From Candidatus Brocadia sp. (GTDB lineage Bacteria; Planctomycetota; Brocadiia; Brocadiales; Brocadiaceae): a DNA stretch of 32,000 nucleotides. The notes below the pieces were generated by a model. It was given only the letters and a program-made list of their open reading frames with translations. It searched no databases and was not told where the DNA came from. The number at the start of each line of letters is the position of its first letter. Position 1 is the stretch's first letter. The DNA lies in assembly GCA_021650915.1 (NCBI GenBank), contig CP091279.1, positions 1,020,001-1,052,000 on the forward strand, written 5' to 3'. The position numbers and the translations under genes are program-made. Positions 24,522-32,000 of the stretch are shown piece by piece.

Positions 24522-25114
24522 CGCATCTCCTTCAGAGGGAAGACAAATCTTCGTTCGTTGTTCAAGGGACTCAGGATGACCAGACAGACCTCTTCATCGG
24601 GTTCCACAAAATAATTCGGAAAATCATACCGGCAGGTGGCACGATAGCTTCCAGACAATCTGATTCCAAGATTGGTAGGCCTGGCACGGGGGTCATTTTG
24701 CTCATTGACAGGCTGAATGGGTTTGTTTTTATACAATAATACCGCATGATACTCCCGGGAGAAATCGGGAGAATTGCCATACAACACCACCTGAAATGAC
24801 AAAATATCGTCCACCTCCGACAGGGATTGATATATCTCGGCGTCCGTTAACTTCCTGACGGACAGGGATGCCTGCCTTGCTTTATATGCCAGTATGCTGA
24901 ATTTGGTGTTTAATGCTGCCCACTCATATCCCTCTTGCGATACCACAACCCACTCGTCCAAAAAAGGAATATCGTCCAAGCTGTTGTTCTTTTCGCCATA
25001 CGCGATAGCCTGTTTAATCTGTTCTTCGGACAGGCTATAGTGTATAGCGTCTACCTTACTGGAAAGGACAAAAACCAGCATGAACGTCAGGAGCGGAATG
25101 CATCTTTGCCGCAT
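24518..25114 (-). CDS. Exported protein of unknown function (paralogue of 16030-16596)
   Basis: 198 aa. Signal peptide MRQRCIPLLTFMLVFVLSSKVDA. Colinear similarity to the 188-aa protein at 16030-16596 (see that entry). Confidence 0.8.
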   Translation of the reverse strand: MRQRCIPLLTFMLVFVLSSKVDAIHYSLSEEQIKQAIAYGEKNNSLDDIPFLDEWVVVSQEGYEWAALNTKFSILAYKARQASLSVRKLTDAEIYQSLSEVDDILSFQVVLYGNSPDFSREYHAVLLYKNKPIQPVNEQNDPRARPTNLGIRLSGSYRATCRYDFPNYFVEPDEEVCLVILSPLNNERRFVFPLKEMR

Positions 25115-25286
25115 AATGATCCACCAATACTTGAAAGATTCCTTGCAATCACAAAAGAAATTTCTCTATAATAATAGCAGACTTCAGTTGACAGAGTACA
25201 GGAGAAAAACGACCCGAACCAATTCTTTCCGGAACCTTGCTCAACAACAACGTAAAATCCAAGCCACCACGGGAGCTGAAAAGTAT

Positions 25287-26051
25287 ATGAAAGTAACCTT
25301 TCTGGGGACAGGCACATCACACGGAATTCCCATGATTGCCTGCAGTTGCAAGGTTTGCACCTCTGATAATCCCAAGAATAAACGCATGCGCACATCGGTG
25401 CTGGTGAGTACAAACGGATATAATATCCTGATTGACGCCACGCCGGAACTAAGGCTCCAGTGCATTAAAAACAAGATTACAAAACTGGATGCCGTGCTTA
25501 TCACCCATCCCCATGCAGACCACATTTTTGGCCTCGATGATCTCCGGCGATTCAATATGATTCAGCGAATGGATATTCCCATTTATGGCACCCCGAAAAC
25601 CCTTGACACCATACGCCACACGTTCTCCTATGTATTTACGACCCATTCTGAGACGGGTGGTTATAAACCCCGCTTCTCCCTGAAGATTATCAACGGCGAT
25701 TTGACCATTGAAGGGATTCCCATTGTACCCGTAAAGGCGCATCATGGTGAGGGAGAGGTAACGGGGTACCGATTTGATAAATTTGCTTATGTGACCGATG
25801 TCAGCGATATCCCTGAAGAATCTTTGGAAAAACTCCATGACCTGGACGTACTTGTCTTAGGCGCACTTCGCTATACACCGCACATAAAGCACTTCAGCAT
25901 CGAACAGGCATTGCGCGTCGTCAGGAAGCTCAGGCCACAGAAGGCGTACTTTACCCACATGTGCCACGACATCGAACACGAAGAAGACGGCAATAAACTT
26001 CCCGCAGGGGTAGAATTTGCTTTTGACGGCCTGATGATTGACCTTTCCTGA
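25287..26051 (+). CDS. MBL-fold metallo-hydrolase (PhnP-like)
   Basis: The ORF-track start (25080) overlaps the divergent gene. The domain begins at ATG 25287 (MKVTFLGTGTSHGIP) with GGGAG upstream. HPHADH motif (ITHPHADHIFGLDD) and a CSCKVC zinc-ribbon-like insert as in PhnP-type enzymes. Confidence 0.85.
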   Translation: MKVTFLGTGTSHGIPMIACSCKVCTSDNPKNKRMRTSVLVSTNGYNILIDATPELRLQCIKNKITKLDAVLITHPHADHIFGLDDLRRFNMIQRMDIPIYGTPKTLDTIRHTFSYVFTTHSETGGYKPRFSLKIINGDLTIEGIPIVPVKAHHGEGEVTGYRFDKFAYVTDVSDIPEESLEKLHDLDVLVLGALRYTPHIKHFSIEQALRVVRKLRPQKAYFTHMCHDIEHEEDGNKLPAGVEFAFDGLMIDLS

Positions 26052-26078
26052 ATATTCCGAACTGCGTTTCGGGAATAT
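26052..26078. other. Hairpin between convergent genes (possible weak terminator)
   Basis: ATATTCCGAA pairs with TTCGGGAATAT: 10 bp with one bulged G and a 6-nt loop. Starts 1 nt after the MBL stop. No T-run on either strand. Confidence 0.3.
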
Positions 26079-26111
26079 CACGACCACGGTATCGCCCCTT
26101 TCTGTTGCTCA

Positions 26112-26705
26112 TTACCAGCCGAACAAACTGCGTTTCGATATTTTTCGCAATTCTTTTTCGTCAGCCCATTCGATAATTCCGGTTTCCAGTTCCATAAGAT
26201 TGAGGGTAAATTTATAGTAAATATCTTTCACGTTGCTCGTTCTCTTAACGATACTCGCAAAATTGCCGTACAGCATATATTCAGCTCCAATCTGACGGCC
26301 AAAGGCCGCAGCCGTGGTTTGATTCACCATACCTCCTTCATTTTGGAACTCAAACTGTTTTTTCGCGGCATCGACCTTTGTCATATCCACAAAGCGAAAC
26401 TTGCCTGAACGCAAAATCTTTGTCCTGACAGTATCAGTAATCGACTCTGTATCGATATGCTCCAGGGTTTTATTCTTAATGACGTCTACAAAAATAACCG
26501 GGCTCCGTTCGTTTGTCATTTGCACAATCGGCGGAAAGGAAAGGAGGGAATCCACCATTTTATTGGCAATCTGCTGCAAATCAGTCAACCCAAAATCAGC
26601 CGTAGTTGTTTCCTCCTTTGTCACATCCTTATACTTCACGCTTGTAGCGCATCCTGCGCCCATCACCACGCACATACCCCATATCAATTTCTTTAACCCA
26701 TACAT
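26112..26705 (-). CDS. LpoB/YcfM-like lipoprotein (COG3417, penicillin-binding-protein-activator-like)
   Basis: I prefer ATG 26705 (MYGLKKLIWGMCVVMGAGC, lipobox MGAGC), with AAGGAGG 9 nt upstream, over the ORF-track start 26759. Body: PVIFVDVIKNKTLEHID...ILRSGKFRFVD...AAAFGRQIGAEYMLYGNF...YYKFTLNLMELETGIIEW. Confidence 0.75.
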   Translation of the reverse strand: MYGLKKLIWGMCVVMGAGCATSVKYKDVTKEETTTADFGLTDLQQIANKMVDSLLSFPPIVQMTNERSPVIFVDVIKNKTLEHIDTESITDTVRTKILRSGKFRFVDMTKVDAAKKQFEFQNEGGMVNQTTAAAFGRQIGAEYMLYGNFASIVKRTSNVKDIYYKFTLNLMELETGIIEWADEKELRKISKRSLFGW

Positions 26706-26775
26706 TCCTGGTATCCTCCTTATAATAAATTCCTTACTCGCGGGAAAGACAAAATCCAAAGCACGAAATTTGCAA

Positions 26776-26812
26776 GTAACTCCGTAAGGGCTTAAAACCC
26801 TGACAGAGTTAC
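26776..26812. repeat. Palindromic intergenic element, copy C (degenerate)
   Basis: GTAACTCCGTAAGGGCTTAAAACCCTGACAGAGTTAC. The arms pair at 15 of 18 positions. By hand alignment about 29 of 38 nt are identical to copy B, including AAACCCTGAC. Lies between the two lipoprotein genes. Confidence 0.45.
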
Positions 26813-26874
26813 GTTGTTCATAATCTTTGTTAAAATACGATAACGCAGTAAAACCACAACCAAATTCCCTCCTG

Positions 26875-28314
26875 TCAAAAGGCTATTACGGTAGTATACA
26901 TTACCGGCCCTATCCGTATAATTCGAAGTATCGTTTTCCCGTTCTGGTTAATGGTAACATCGACATCCGAGAATGCCCCTGATGCTTTATGTTCTGCATG
27001 CAAATGATGCACCCCTGCAGGAAGATGCCTGCGCATGATTTGCACATCCTGCGGCAACGTTAACCAGCTTCTCAGGTCTGCCTTTTCAGAAAAGACAGTA
27101 TAGAACGAAGACAGTATCGTGCCTACAGATCCTCCCGAATCTTTTGCCTGGTACTGAAACGCCGCCTTGGTTGCGGATCTGAGGAGGTGTCTGACAACCA
27201 TCCCGGCCACTTTTTCCTTCAGCGCTTTTACCGCCAGCGCCTGTACGTAACACAGTGGTTCCGTTTCACCAAACACGCTTTTCCTCTCAGGTTCGGACAG
27301 AGAAAGCGGTTCTGTGCCAGGCCATTTTGCCCTATACACCGGAAATGCAATAGCCAAAAATCCATTGGGAGTGGGAATCGGGACTTTGATCTCCCTTTTT
27401 TGAGGGACAAATCCATTCTCAAAGAGAACCACCAATTCCCCTCCGTTTGCATTTCCAATACCCTCTTCATCCTCACTCTGAATCTTTTCAAACCTGGAGG
27501 CGTATTCGTTCAACTCCTGGTTCATTCCAAGGGCTTTGGCCAGACGCATGACATCATGCTGCAAGTAAGTATTTTCGGGAAATATCTGAAGGGCCTTTTT
27601 GTAATCAATGTATGCGTCGTTGGGTTGATTGAGCAATTCATAGACGATGCCGGACAGGTAAAAGGTGTACGCATTTTGGAAGGAGTTCTTCACCTTCCCT
27701 GCGCTATCATCCATGGTGCGATACGCAGAATTCAGACTGGCATAGGCCGGTTCTGTCTCAAGACTTCTTTCCCTGGCTTTTTCTTCCGCCCTTCCCACTT
27801 CTTTTTCATGCATTTCCAGCGCTCTGTTTTGTTCAAGATTGGCGCGTCTGACTTCAACACCTGCTCCCTCGATATCCTTGTTCTCTAGGTAATTAAACGC
27901 CTGGAATTGATGCAAAAACACCTTTTCATACCCCTCTCCCTGATAAGGAGCGGCATTGTCATTGGTTAAAAAGGCGGCGGTCAGCGCTCCCATATCCGAA
28001 GCGCGGATAATCGCCTTGTCTTCCCGCTGCTGAATGGCCTCCATTGCTGTCGCATAATCCTTCATGCTTACCTGCAGGTCGTTCTTTATCTGTGCAAGAC
28101 GACCACGCTCCAAACGATAAAGAATCTTATCTTTGCCCTTACCGTACTTGTCAAGAACTTTGAGCGCGTAATCAAACTTGCGGGATTTGACCCCGTCAAG
28201 CAGAGAGTTCATTCTGGTTGTGTAAGAGATGAAAACGCTTGAAGTGGAACAACCGACAAGGAGAACGGCAATGGCAAAACCAATGGGAGACAGTCGTCTT
28301 AACCAGTCAGGCAT
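26875..28314 (-). CDS. TPR-like lipoprotein (COG3014-like)
   Basis: 479 aa. Lipoprotein signal IAVLLVGCSTSS. Helical-repeat N-terminal half (ILYRLERGRLAQI..., YEKVFLHQFQAFNYLENKDIEGAGVEVRRANLEQ, YTFYLSGIVYELLNQPNDAYIDYKKALQIFP). From memory this resembles COG3014 proteins found next to LpoB-like genes. Confidence 0.65.
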   Translation of the reverse strand: MPDWLRRLSPIGFAIAVLLVGCSTSSVFISYTTRMNSLLDGVKSRKFDYALKVLDKYGKGKDKILYRLERGRLAQIKNDLQVSMKDYATAMEAIQQREDKAIIRASDMGALTAAFLTNDNAAPYQGEGYEKVFLHQFQAFNYLENKDIEGAGVEVRRANLEQNRALEMHEKEVGRAEEKARERSLETEPAYASLNSAYRTMDDSAGKVKNSFQNAYTFYLSGIVYELLNQPNDAYIDYKKALQIFPENTYLQHDVMRLAKALGMNQELNEYASRFEKIQSEDEEGIGNANGGELVVLFENGFVPQKREIKVPIPTPNGFLAIAFPVYRAKWPGTEPLSLSEPERKSVFGETEPLCYVQALAVKALKEKVAGMVVRHLLRSATKAAFQYQAKDSGGSVGTILSSFYTVFSEKADLRSWLTLPQDVQIMRRHLPAGVHHLHAEHKASGAFSDVDVTINQNGKTILRIIRIGPVMYTTVIAF

Positions 28315-28505
28315 AACGCCCTCTTGAACCGTCCCTTCTCTGCGCTTTTTTCAGCATCGGTAGTCCTTCAGGATGAGATTCTTTTCTTGATTCCATTTGG
28401 AATTATATAGCTCAACCATTGTCTGTCAAGGTCATTTACCTGAAACAGCCTCTTTAAAAATTGTCATTGCTATACCGCTTAGATTTTATTATCTTTATTC
28501 AAATT

Positions 28506-29708
28506 ATGAACAAATATATTCTCGCTAGTGTTCCTTGTCTCATTGCTATTATTGTCGTATCCTTCTTTCTTTTTGGCAACACAAAATCGATTCAGTACAA
28601 AACAGAGAAAATCGACCGCGGTACGATAGCAAAATATGTTACGGCAACCGGCACCATTAACCCTGTCAGGACGGTAATCATTGGCAGCCAGGTGACCGGC
28701 CTTATCTCGAAATTATATGCTGATTATAATTCTGAAGTTAAGACGGGGCAAATCGTTGCTCAAATTGATCCCATCCCTTTTGAACATCAGGTAAAACGAG
28801 CGGAAGCTGCCCTGGCTACTGCCATCGCTTCCCTTGAAAAGGCAAAGGTAACGGCCAAAAATAACCGGAGAAACTATCATCGTTCAAAAAAATTATTTGC
28901 CAAAAAAGTCGTTTCCATAGAAGAACTGGATGCCGCCAGGACGGTATATGAAACGGGACTAGCAGATACAAAACTGGCAGAAGCCCAGGTATTGCAGGCC
29001 AAAGCTGCACTGGATATTGCCAAAACAGACCTAAAACACACGGTAATTCTTTCACCCTTAAACGGCATTGTGATCTCAAGAAATGTAGACGTGGGACAAA
29101 CGGTTGTCTCCAGTTTTCAAACCCCTACCCTCTTTAATATTGCGGAAGACCTTGTCCATATGCAGGTGAATACCAATGTTGACGAGGCCGATATCGGCAT
29201 GGTGAAAGTGGGACAAGATGCCAAATTCACCGTAGATGCCTTTCCCGATGATGTCTTTGAAGGCAGGGTTTCCGAAATTCGTATGGCGCCGATCATCTTT
29301 CAAAATGTGGTGACCTATGACACAATTATTAATGTCGGCAACTCCTCCCTGAAACTAAAGCCGGGCATGACCGCAAACACTTCCATTTTGGTTGCCAGGG
29401 TGGAAGATGTTGTGCGAGTTCCCAATGCCGCCCTGCGGTATACACCGTCTGAGGTTTTAAAAACTGAGATGGATAAAAAGGCGCTCATTGACCGGAAATC
29501 ATCTAAAAAAACCATTTCACATATCTGGGTGCTCGATAACGGGGAATTGCGGCGGATTGCCGTAAAATTAGGAGTAGGAGATGATAGTTTTACAGAAATT
29601 TCTGGAGGAGACCTGAAAGAAGGTCAGGAGGTCGTGGTTAGTGAAACGGTTCCTGTTACAGCCAAAAAGGGTCAGCAAAAAGTTCCGTGGGGAAGAACCC
29701 GTTATTAA
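28506..29708 (+). CDS. HlyD/MacA-family periplasmic adaptor (membrane fusion protein)
   Basis: The ORF track starts at TTG 28461. ATG 28506 (MNKYILASVPCLIAIIVVSFF) gives the usual N-terminal anchor. Motifs: GTINPVRTVIIGSQVTGLI, coiled-coil hairpin, HTVILSPLNGIVISRNVDVGQTV, LKPGMTANTSI. Confidence 0.88.
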   Translation: MNKYILASVPCLIAIIVVSFFLFGNTKSIQYKTEKIDRGTIAKYVTATGTINPVRTVIIGSQVTGLISKLYADYNSEVKTGQIVAQIDPIPFEHQVKRAEAALATAIASLEKAKVTAKNNRRNYHRSKKLFAKKVVSIEELDAARTVYETGLADTKLAEAQVLQAKAALDIAKTDLKHTVILSPLNGIVISRNVDVGQTVVSSFQTPTLFNIAEDLVHMQVNTNVDEADIGMVKVGQDAKFTVDAFPDDVFEGRVSEIRMAPIIFQNVVTYDTIINVGNSSLKLKPGMTANTSILVARVEDVVRVPNAALRYTPSEVLKTEMDKKALIDRKSSKKTISHIWVLDNGELRRIAVKLGVGDDSFTEISGGDLKEGQEVVVSETVPVTAKKGQQKVPWGRTRY

Positions 29709-29710
29709 TC

Positions 29711-30433
29711 ATGCACGATATCGTCGTATTAAAAGACGTTCACAAGATATATACGATGGGCGATGTTCAGGTTTCAGCCCTGCAGGGAGTGTCATTGACC
29801 ATTCAAAAAGGCGAATTTATTGCTGTTATGGGGGCATCCGGCTCCGGGAAGTCCACCATGATGCATATCCTTGGATGTCTCGATAGCCCGACACAGGGAA
29901 GCTATTATTTGGATGGTGTTGAAGTCTCCCGGTTTTCAAAGAACGAATTGGCAGAAATCCGGAACAAGAAATTGGGATTCATCTTTCAGAGCTTTAACCT
30001 TCTCAGCCGGACTACCGTAGTGGAGAATATTGAACTTCCCCTTATTTATCGGAAAAGTCTGAAGAAAGGCGACCTTGACAGGATTCACCAAATCATGCAC
30101 ATTCTGGGCATTAAGGGATTTGGCCGGCATTATCCCAACCAATTATCCGGTGGGCAGCAACAACGGGTTGCCATTGCGCGCGCCATTATTACTGACCCTA
30201 CATTACTCCTTGCAGATGAACCGACAGGAAACCTTGACAGCGCCACCAGCAAAGACGTCATGAGCATCCTCCGCGATCTTAACCAAAACATGGGGATTAC
30301 CATTGTGCTGGTCACCCATGAAACGGATATTGCGCTTTACGCCCGCAGGGTCATTGTTCTTAAGGATGGCAAGATATTAAGTGATAGCCGCTCTCCATCG
30401 TCTGACATAGCTGCGTCTCCTTTTCATGATTGA
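29711..30433 (+). CDS. ABC transporter ATP-binding protein (MacB/LolD-type)
   Basis: ATG 29711 lies 2 nt after the adaptor stop; the ORF-track start 29687 overlaps the adaptor gene. Walker [10 protein letters not shown], signature [14 protein letters not shown], Walker [14 protein letters not shown]-loop VTHE. Confidence 0.95.
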   Translation: MHDIVVLKDVHKIYTMGDVQVSALQGVSLTIQKGEFIAVMGASGSGKSTMMHILGCLDSPTQGSYYLDGVEVSRFSKNELAEIRNKKLGFIFQSFNLLSRTTVVENIELPLIYRKSLKKGDLDRIHQIMHILGIKGFGRHYPNQLSGGQQQRVAIARAIITDPTLLLADEPTGNLDSATSKDVMSILRDLNQNMGITIVLVTHETDIALYARRVIVLKDGKILSDSRSPSSDIAASPFHD

Positions 30434-30487
30434 TCTCTTCGACACCATGAATCGTAACAAACAAACCTCTGTCCTCTTTTGTAATCA

Positions 30488-31696
30488 ATGACAGCGCTTC
30501 TAAAAATAGCTCTCCGTGCAATTCAGAGGAATAAGTTACGGTCTTCCCTGACCGTGCTGGGCATTATCATTGGCGTCGGCGCCGTCATTGTCATGGTAAG
30601 CATCGGCCAGGGAGCAAAGGCCTTTGTTGAAAAGCAACTGGAGAGTCTGGGCACCAATGTCCTCATCATTATTCCCATCAGCACTACCCATACCTCAGCC
30701 AGGGGCACAACGGGCACTATTACCTTAACCGCGGAAGACGCCTTTGCAATGGAGAAGGAATGCGGCGCCGTCAGTTACGTTTCACCGGGAATCAGGACCA
30801 GCACCCAGGTGGTTTACGGCAACATGAACTGGACAACCTTTGTCTCCGGCGTGGGACCGGATTTTCAGACCATACGCAACTGGCAACTGGAATCGGGAAG
30901 GTTTATTACCCAGCAGGACGCAAATAGTATGGCAAAGGTATGCCTCCTGGGGCAGACGGTGGTAACGAACCTTTTTGGGACAATGAACCCTGTTGGCCAG
31001 TGGATTCGGGTAAACAACATCCCCTTTCGGGTAATTGGCGTCCTCTACCCGAAAGGTCAATCGCCTACCGGACAAGATCAGGACGACATGGTGCTCATGC
31101 CGTACACAACCGTTCAAAGGAAAATTATGGGCGTAACGCATATTGGCTACGTCCTGGCGTCAACGATTACTGCCGAGTCGCGGTTTGAGGCCATGGAACA
31201 GATTACTTCCCTCTTGCGACAGCGCCACCGCTTGAGACCTCACGAAGAAAATGATTTCACCGTCATCAGCCAGGTGGAATTTGCTTCGACGGTGATGGAA
31301 ACAAGCCATACGATGGGCATACTCCTTGGGAGTATTGCCCTAGTATCCCTGTTTGTCGGCGGTATCGGCATTATGAACATCATGCTGGTTTCCACAACCG
31401 AAAGGACGAGAGAGATTGGCATCAGGATGGCAGTCGGCGCAAAGGAAAAGGACATCCTCTTCCAGTTTCTGATCGAATCGACGGTGCTGAGCTCGCTTGG
31501 CGGGTTGATTGGAATAATTTTTGGCATTTTTACGTCAAAATTAGTCTCTTACTATGGCGGCTGGCCATCGTTGGTATCTCCTCCCTCCATCGCCGTTGCC
31601 TTTCTCTTTTCCAATGTGGTCGGCATCTTCTTTGGTTATTACCCGGCCAGAAAGGCATCAAGACTCAACCCCATTGAGGCGCTCCGGTATGAATAA
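30488..31696 (+). CDS. ABC transporter permease (MacB periplasmic core domain + FtsX)
   Basis: 402 aa. N-terminus IALRAIQRNKLRSSLTVLGIIIGVGAVI, large periplasmic domain, C-terminal FtsX helices (ERTREIGIRMAVGAK...YPARKASRLNPIEALRYE). Confidence 0.95.
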   Translation: MTALLKIALRAIQRNKLRSSLTVLGIIIGVGAVIVMVSIGQGAKAFVEKQLESLGTNVLIIIPISTTHTSARGTTGTITLTAEDAFAMEKECGAVSYVSPGIRTSTQVVYGNMNWTTFVSGVGPDFQTIRNWQLESGRFITQQDANSMAKVCLLGQTVVTNLFGTMNPVGQWIRVNNIPFRVIGVLYPKGQSPTGQDQDDMVLMPYTTVQRKIMGVTHIGYVLASTITAESRFEAMEQITSLLRQRHRLRPHEENDFTVISQVEFASTVMETSHTMGILLGSIALVSLFVGGIGIMNIMLVSTTERTREIGIRMAVGAKEKDILFQFLIESTVLSSLGGLIGIIFGIFTSKLVSYYGGWPSLVSPPSIAVAFLFSNVVGIFFGYYPARKASRLNPIEALRYE

Positions 31697-31728
31697 GACA
31701 AAATTTCATGTTTAGGAAATTCAAACTG

Positions 31729-31795
31729 GTAGCCGCAGACTTCAGTCTGCGCAGGCTAAAGCCATGCGGCTATCCAAGTCGTTGCCTTTGGCAAC
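31729..31795. other. Cluster of stable hairpins after the permease gene (GTAG-headed)
   Basis: GTAGCCGCAGACTTCAGTCTGCGCAGGCTAAAGCCATGCGGCTA: outer stem TAGCCGCA/TGCGGCTA (31730-31737 / 31765-31772) and an alternative inner hairpin GCAGAC-TTCA-GTCTGC. Then GTTGCC-TTT-GGCAAC (31781-31795). No T-run follows. Confidence 0.35.
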
Positions 31796-31916
31796 CTAAT
31801 TTAGGGTCTTCAGGCAAGTGAGTGGGTAATTTTGAGCAGTAAATTGGCTACTATATAGCATAAAATAAGAGGAAAAAGAGGTTTTCTATGAGCAAAAAAA
31901 TCTGTAAGATTTCTCT

Positions 31917-32000
31917 ATGGAAAAAAAGAGGAGACTGCGGGACGAATATCGGTTCCCCGGATTTGGTTCGAAAGCAGAAATAAAGGGGATATTTGGAGAC
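31917..32000 (+). CDS. Possible 5' end of an ORF running off the right window edge
   Basis: ATG 31917 opens 28 codons to the edge: MEKKRRLRDEYRFPGFGSKAEIKGIFGD. No obvious SD. A competing 31-codon ORF (31888-31983, MSKKICKISLWKK...) has a better SD (AAGAGG...AGAGG). Neither can be resolved from 84 nt. Confidence 0.25.
   Translation, partial: MEKKRRLRDEYRFPGFGSKAEIKGIFGD

Noticed and set aside
25177-25188. 12-mer GCAGACTTCAGT shared with 31735-31746
   Set aside because: Tens of chance 12-mer matches are expected among all position pairs in a 32-kb window, and the flanking sequences do not align.
26059-26137. 12-nt direct repeat AACTGCGTTTCG (26060-26071 and 26126-26137)
   Set aside because: One copy is part of the hairpin after the MBL gene and the other lies inside the LpoB-like coding sequence. 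A single 12-mer coincidence is plausible by chance, and no higher-order structure is evident.
31697-31916. Possible tRNA or small RNA gene in the hairpin-rich region
   Set aside because: There is no cloverleaf arrangement or T-loop (GTTCRANYC) consensus. The hairpins are too close together and the wrong size for a tRNA.

Overview
Gene-dense chromosomal window with about 31 protein-coding genes. I saw no rRNA, tRNA, CRISPR array or complete mobile element. Most genes are housekeeping or envelope functions. Minus strand: tldD (partial, missing from the ORF track) and ligA. Plus strand: a SPOR-like membrane protein, a small basic protein and an aminotransferase. Two NtrC-type two-component systems sit back to back (HK, coiled-coil protein and RR on the minus strand; PAS-HK and RR on the plus strand). 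Then come MarC, a flippase-like LPG_synthase_TM protein and a parvulin PPIase, followed by a three-gene cassette of unknown function ending in a radical SAM enzyme. The rest comprises a KhtT/KhtU-like K+/H+ antiporter pair, cobO, thyX, fba-fbp, an exported unknown ATGA-coupled to a C-N hydrolase, a PhnP-like MBL hydrolase, LpoB-like and COG3014-like lipoproteins, and a split MacAB-type efflux pump. The small basic protein family and the envelope genes suggest a PVC/Planctomycetota-like host; this is inference only. Best candidates for something undescribed: (1) two divergent paralogues of an exported ~190-aa protein, each overlapping by ATGA with a cytoplasmic enzyme (radical SAM with a 7-Cys tail; nitrilase-superfamily hydrolase), one inside an autonomous promoter-to-hairpin cassette; (2) a response regulator with an AAA+ sigma-54-activator domain whose GAFTGA loop reads GIRANA, in an HK/coiled-coil/RR operon; (3) two families of intergenic palindromic repeats: a GTAG-headed REP doublet and a 39-nt element in three copies. 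Several ORF-track starts are over-extended and are corrected below. All family calls come from motif reading and memory, not database searches.
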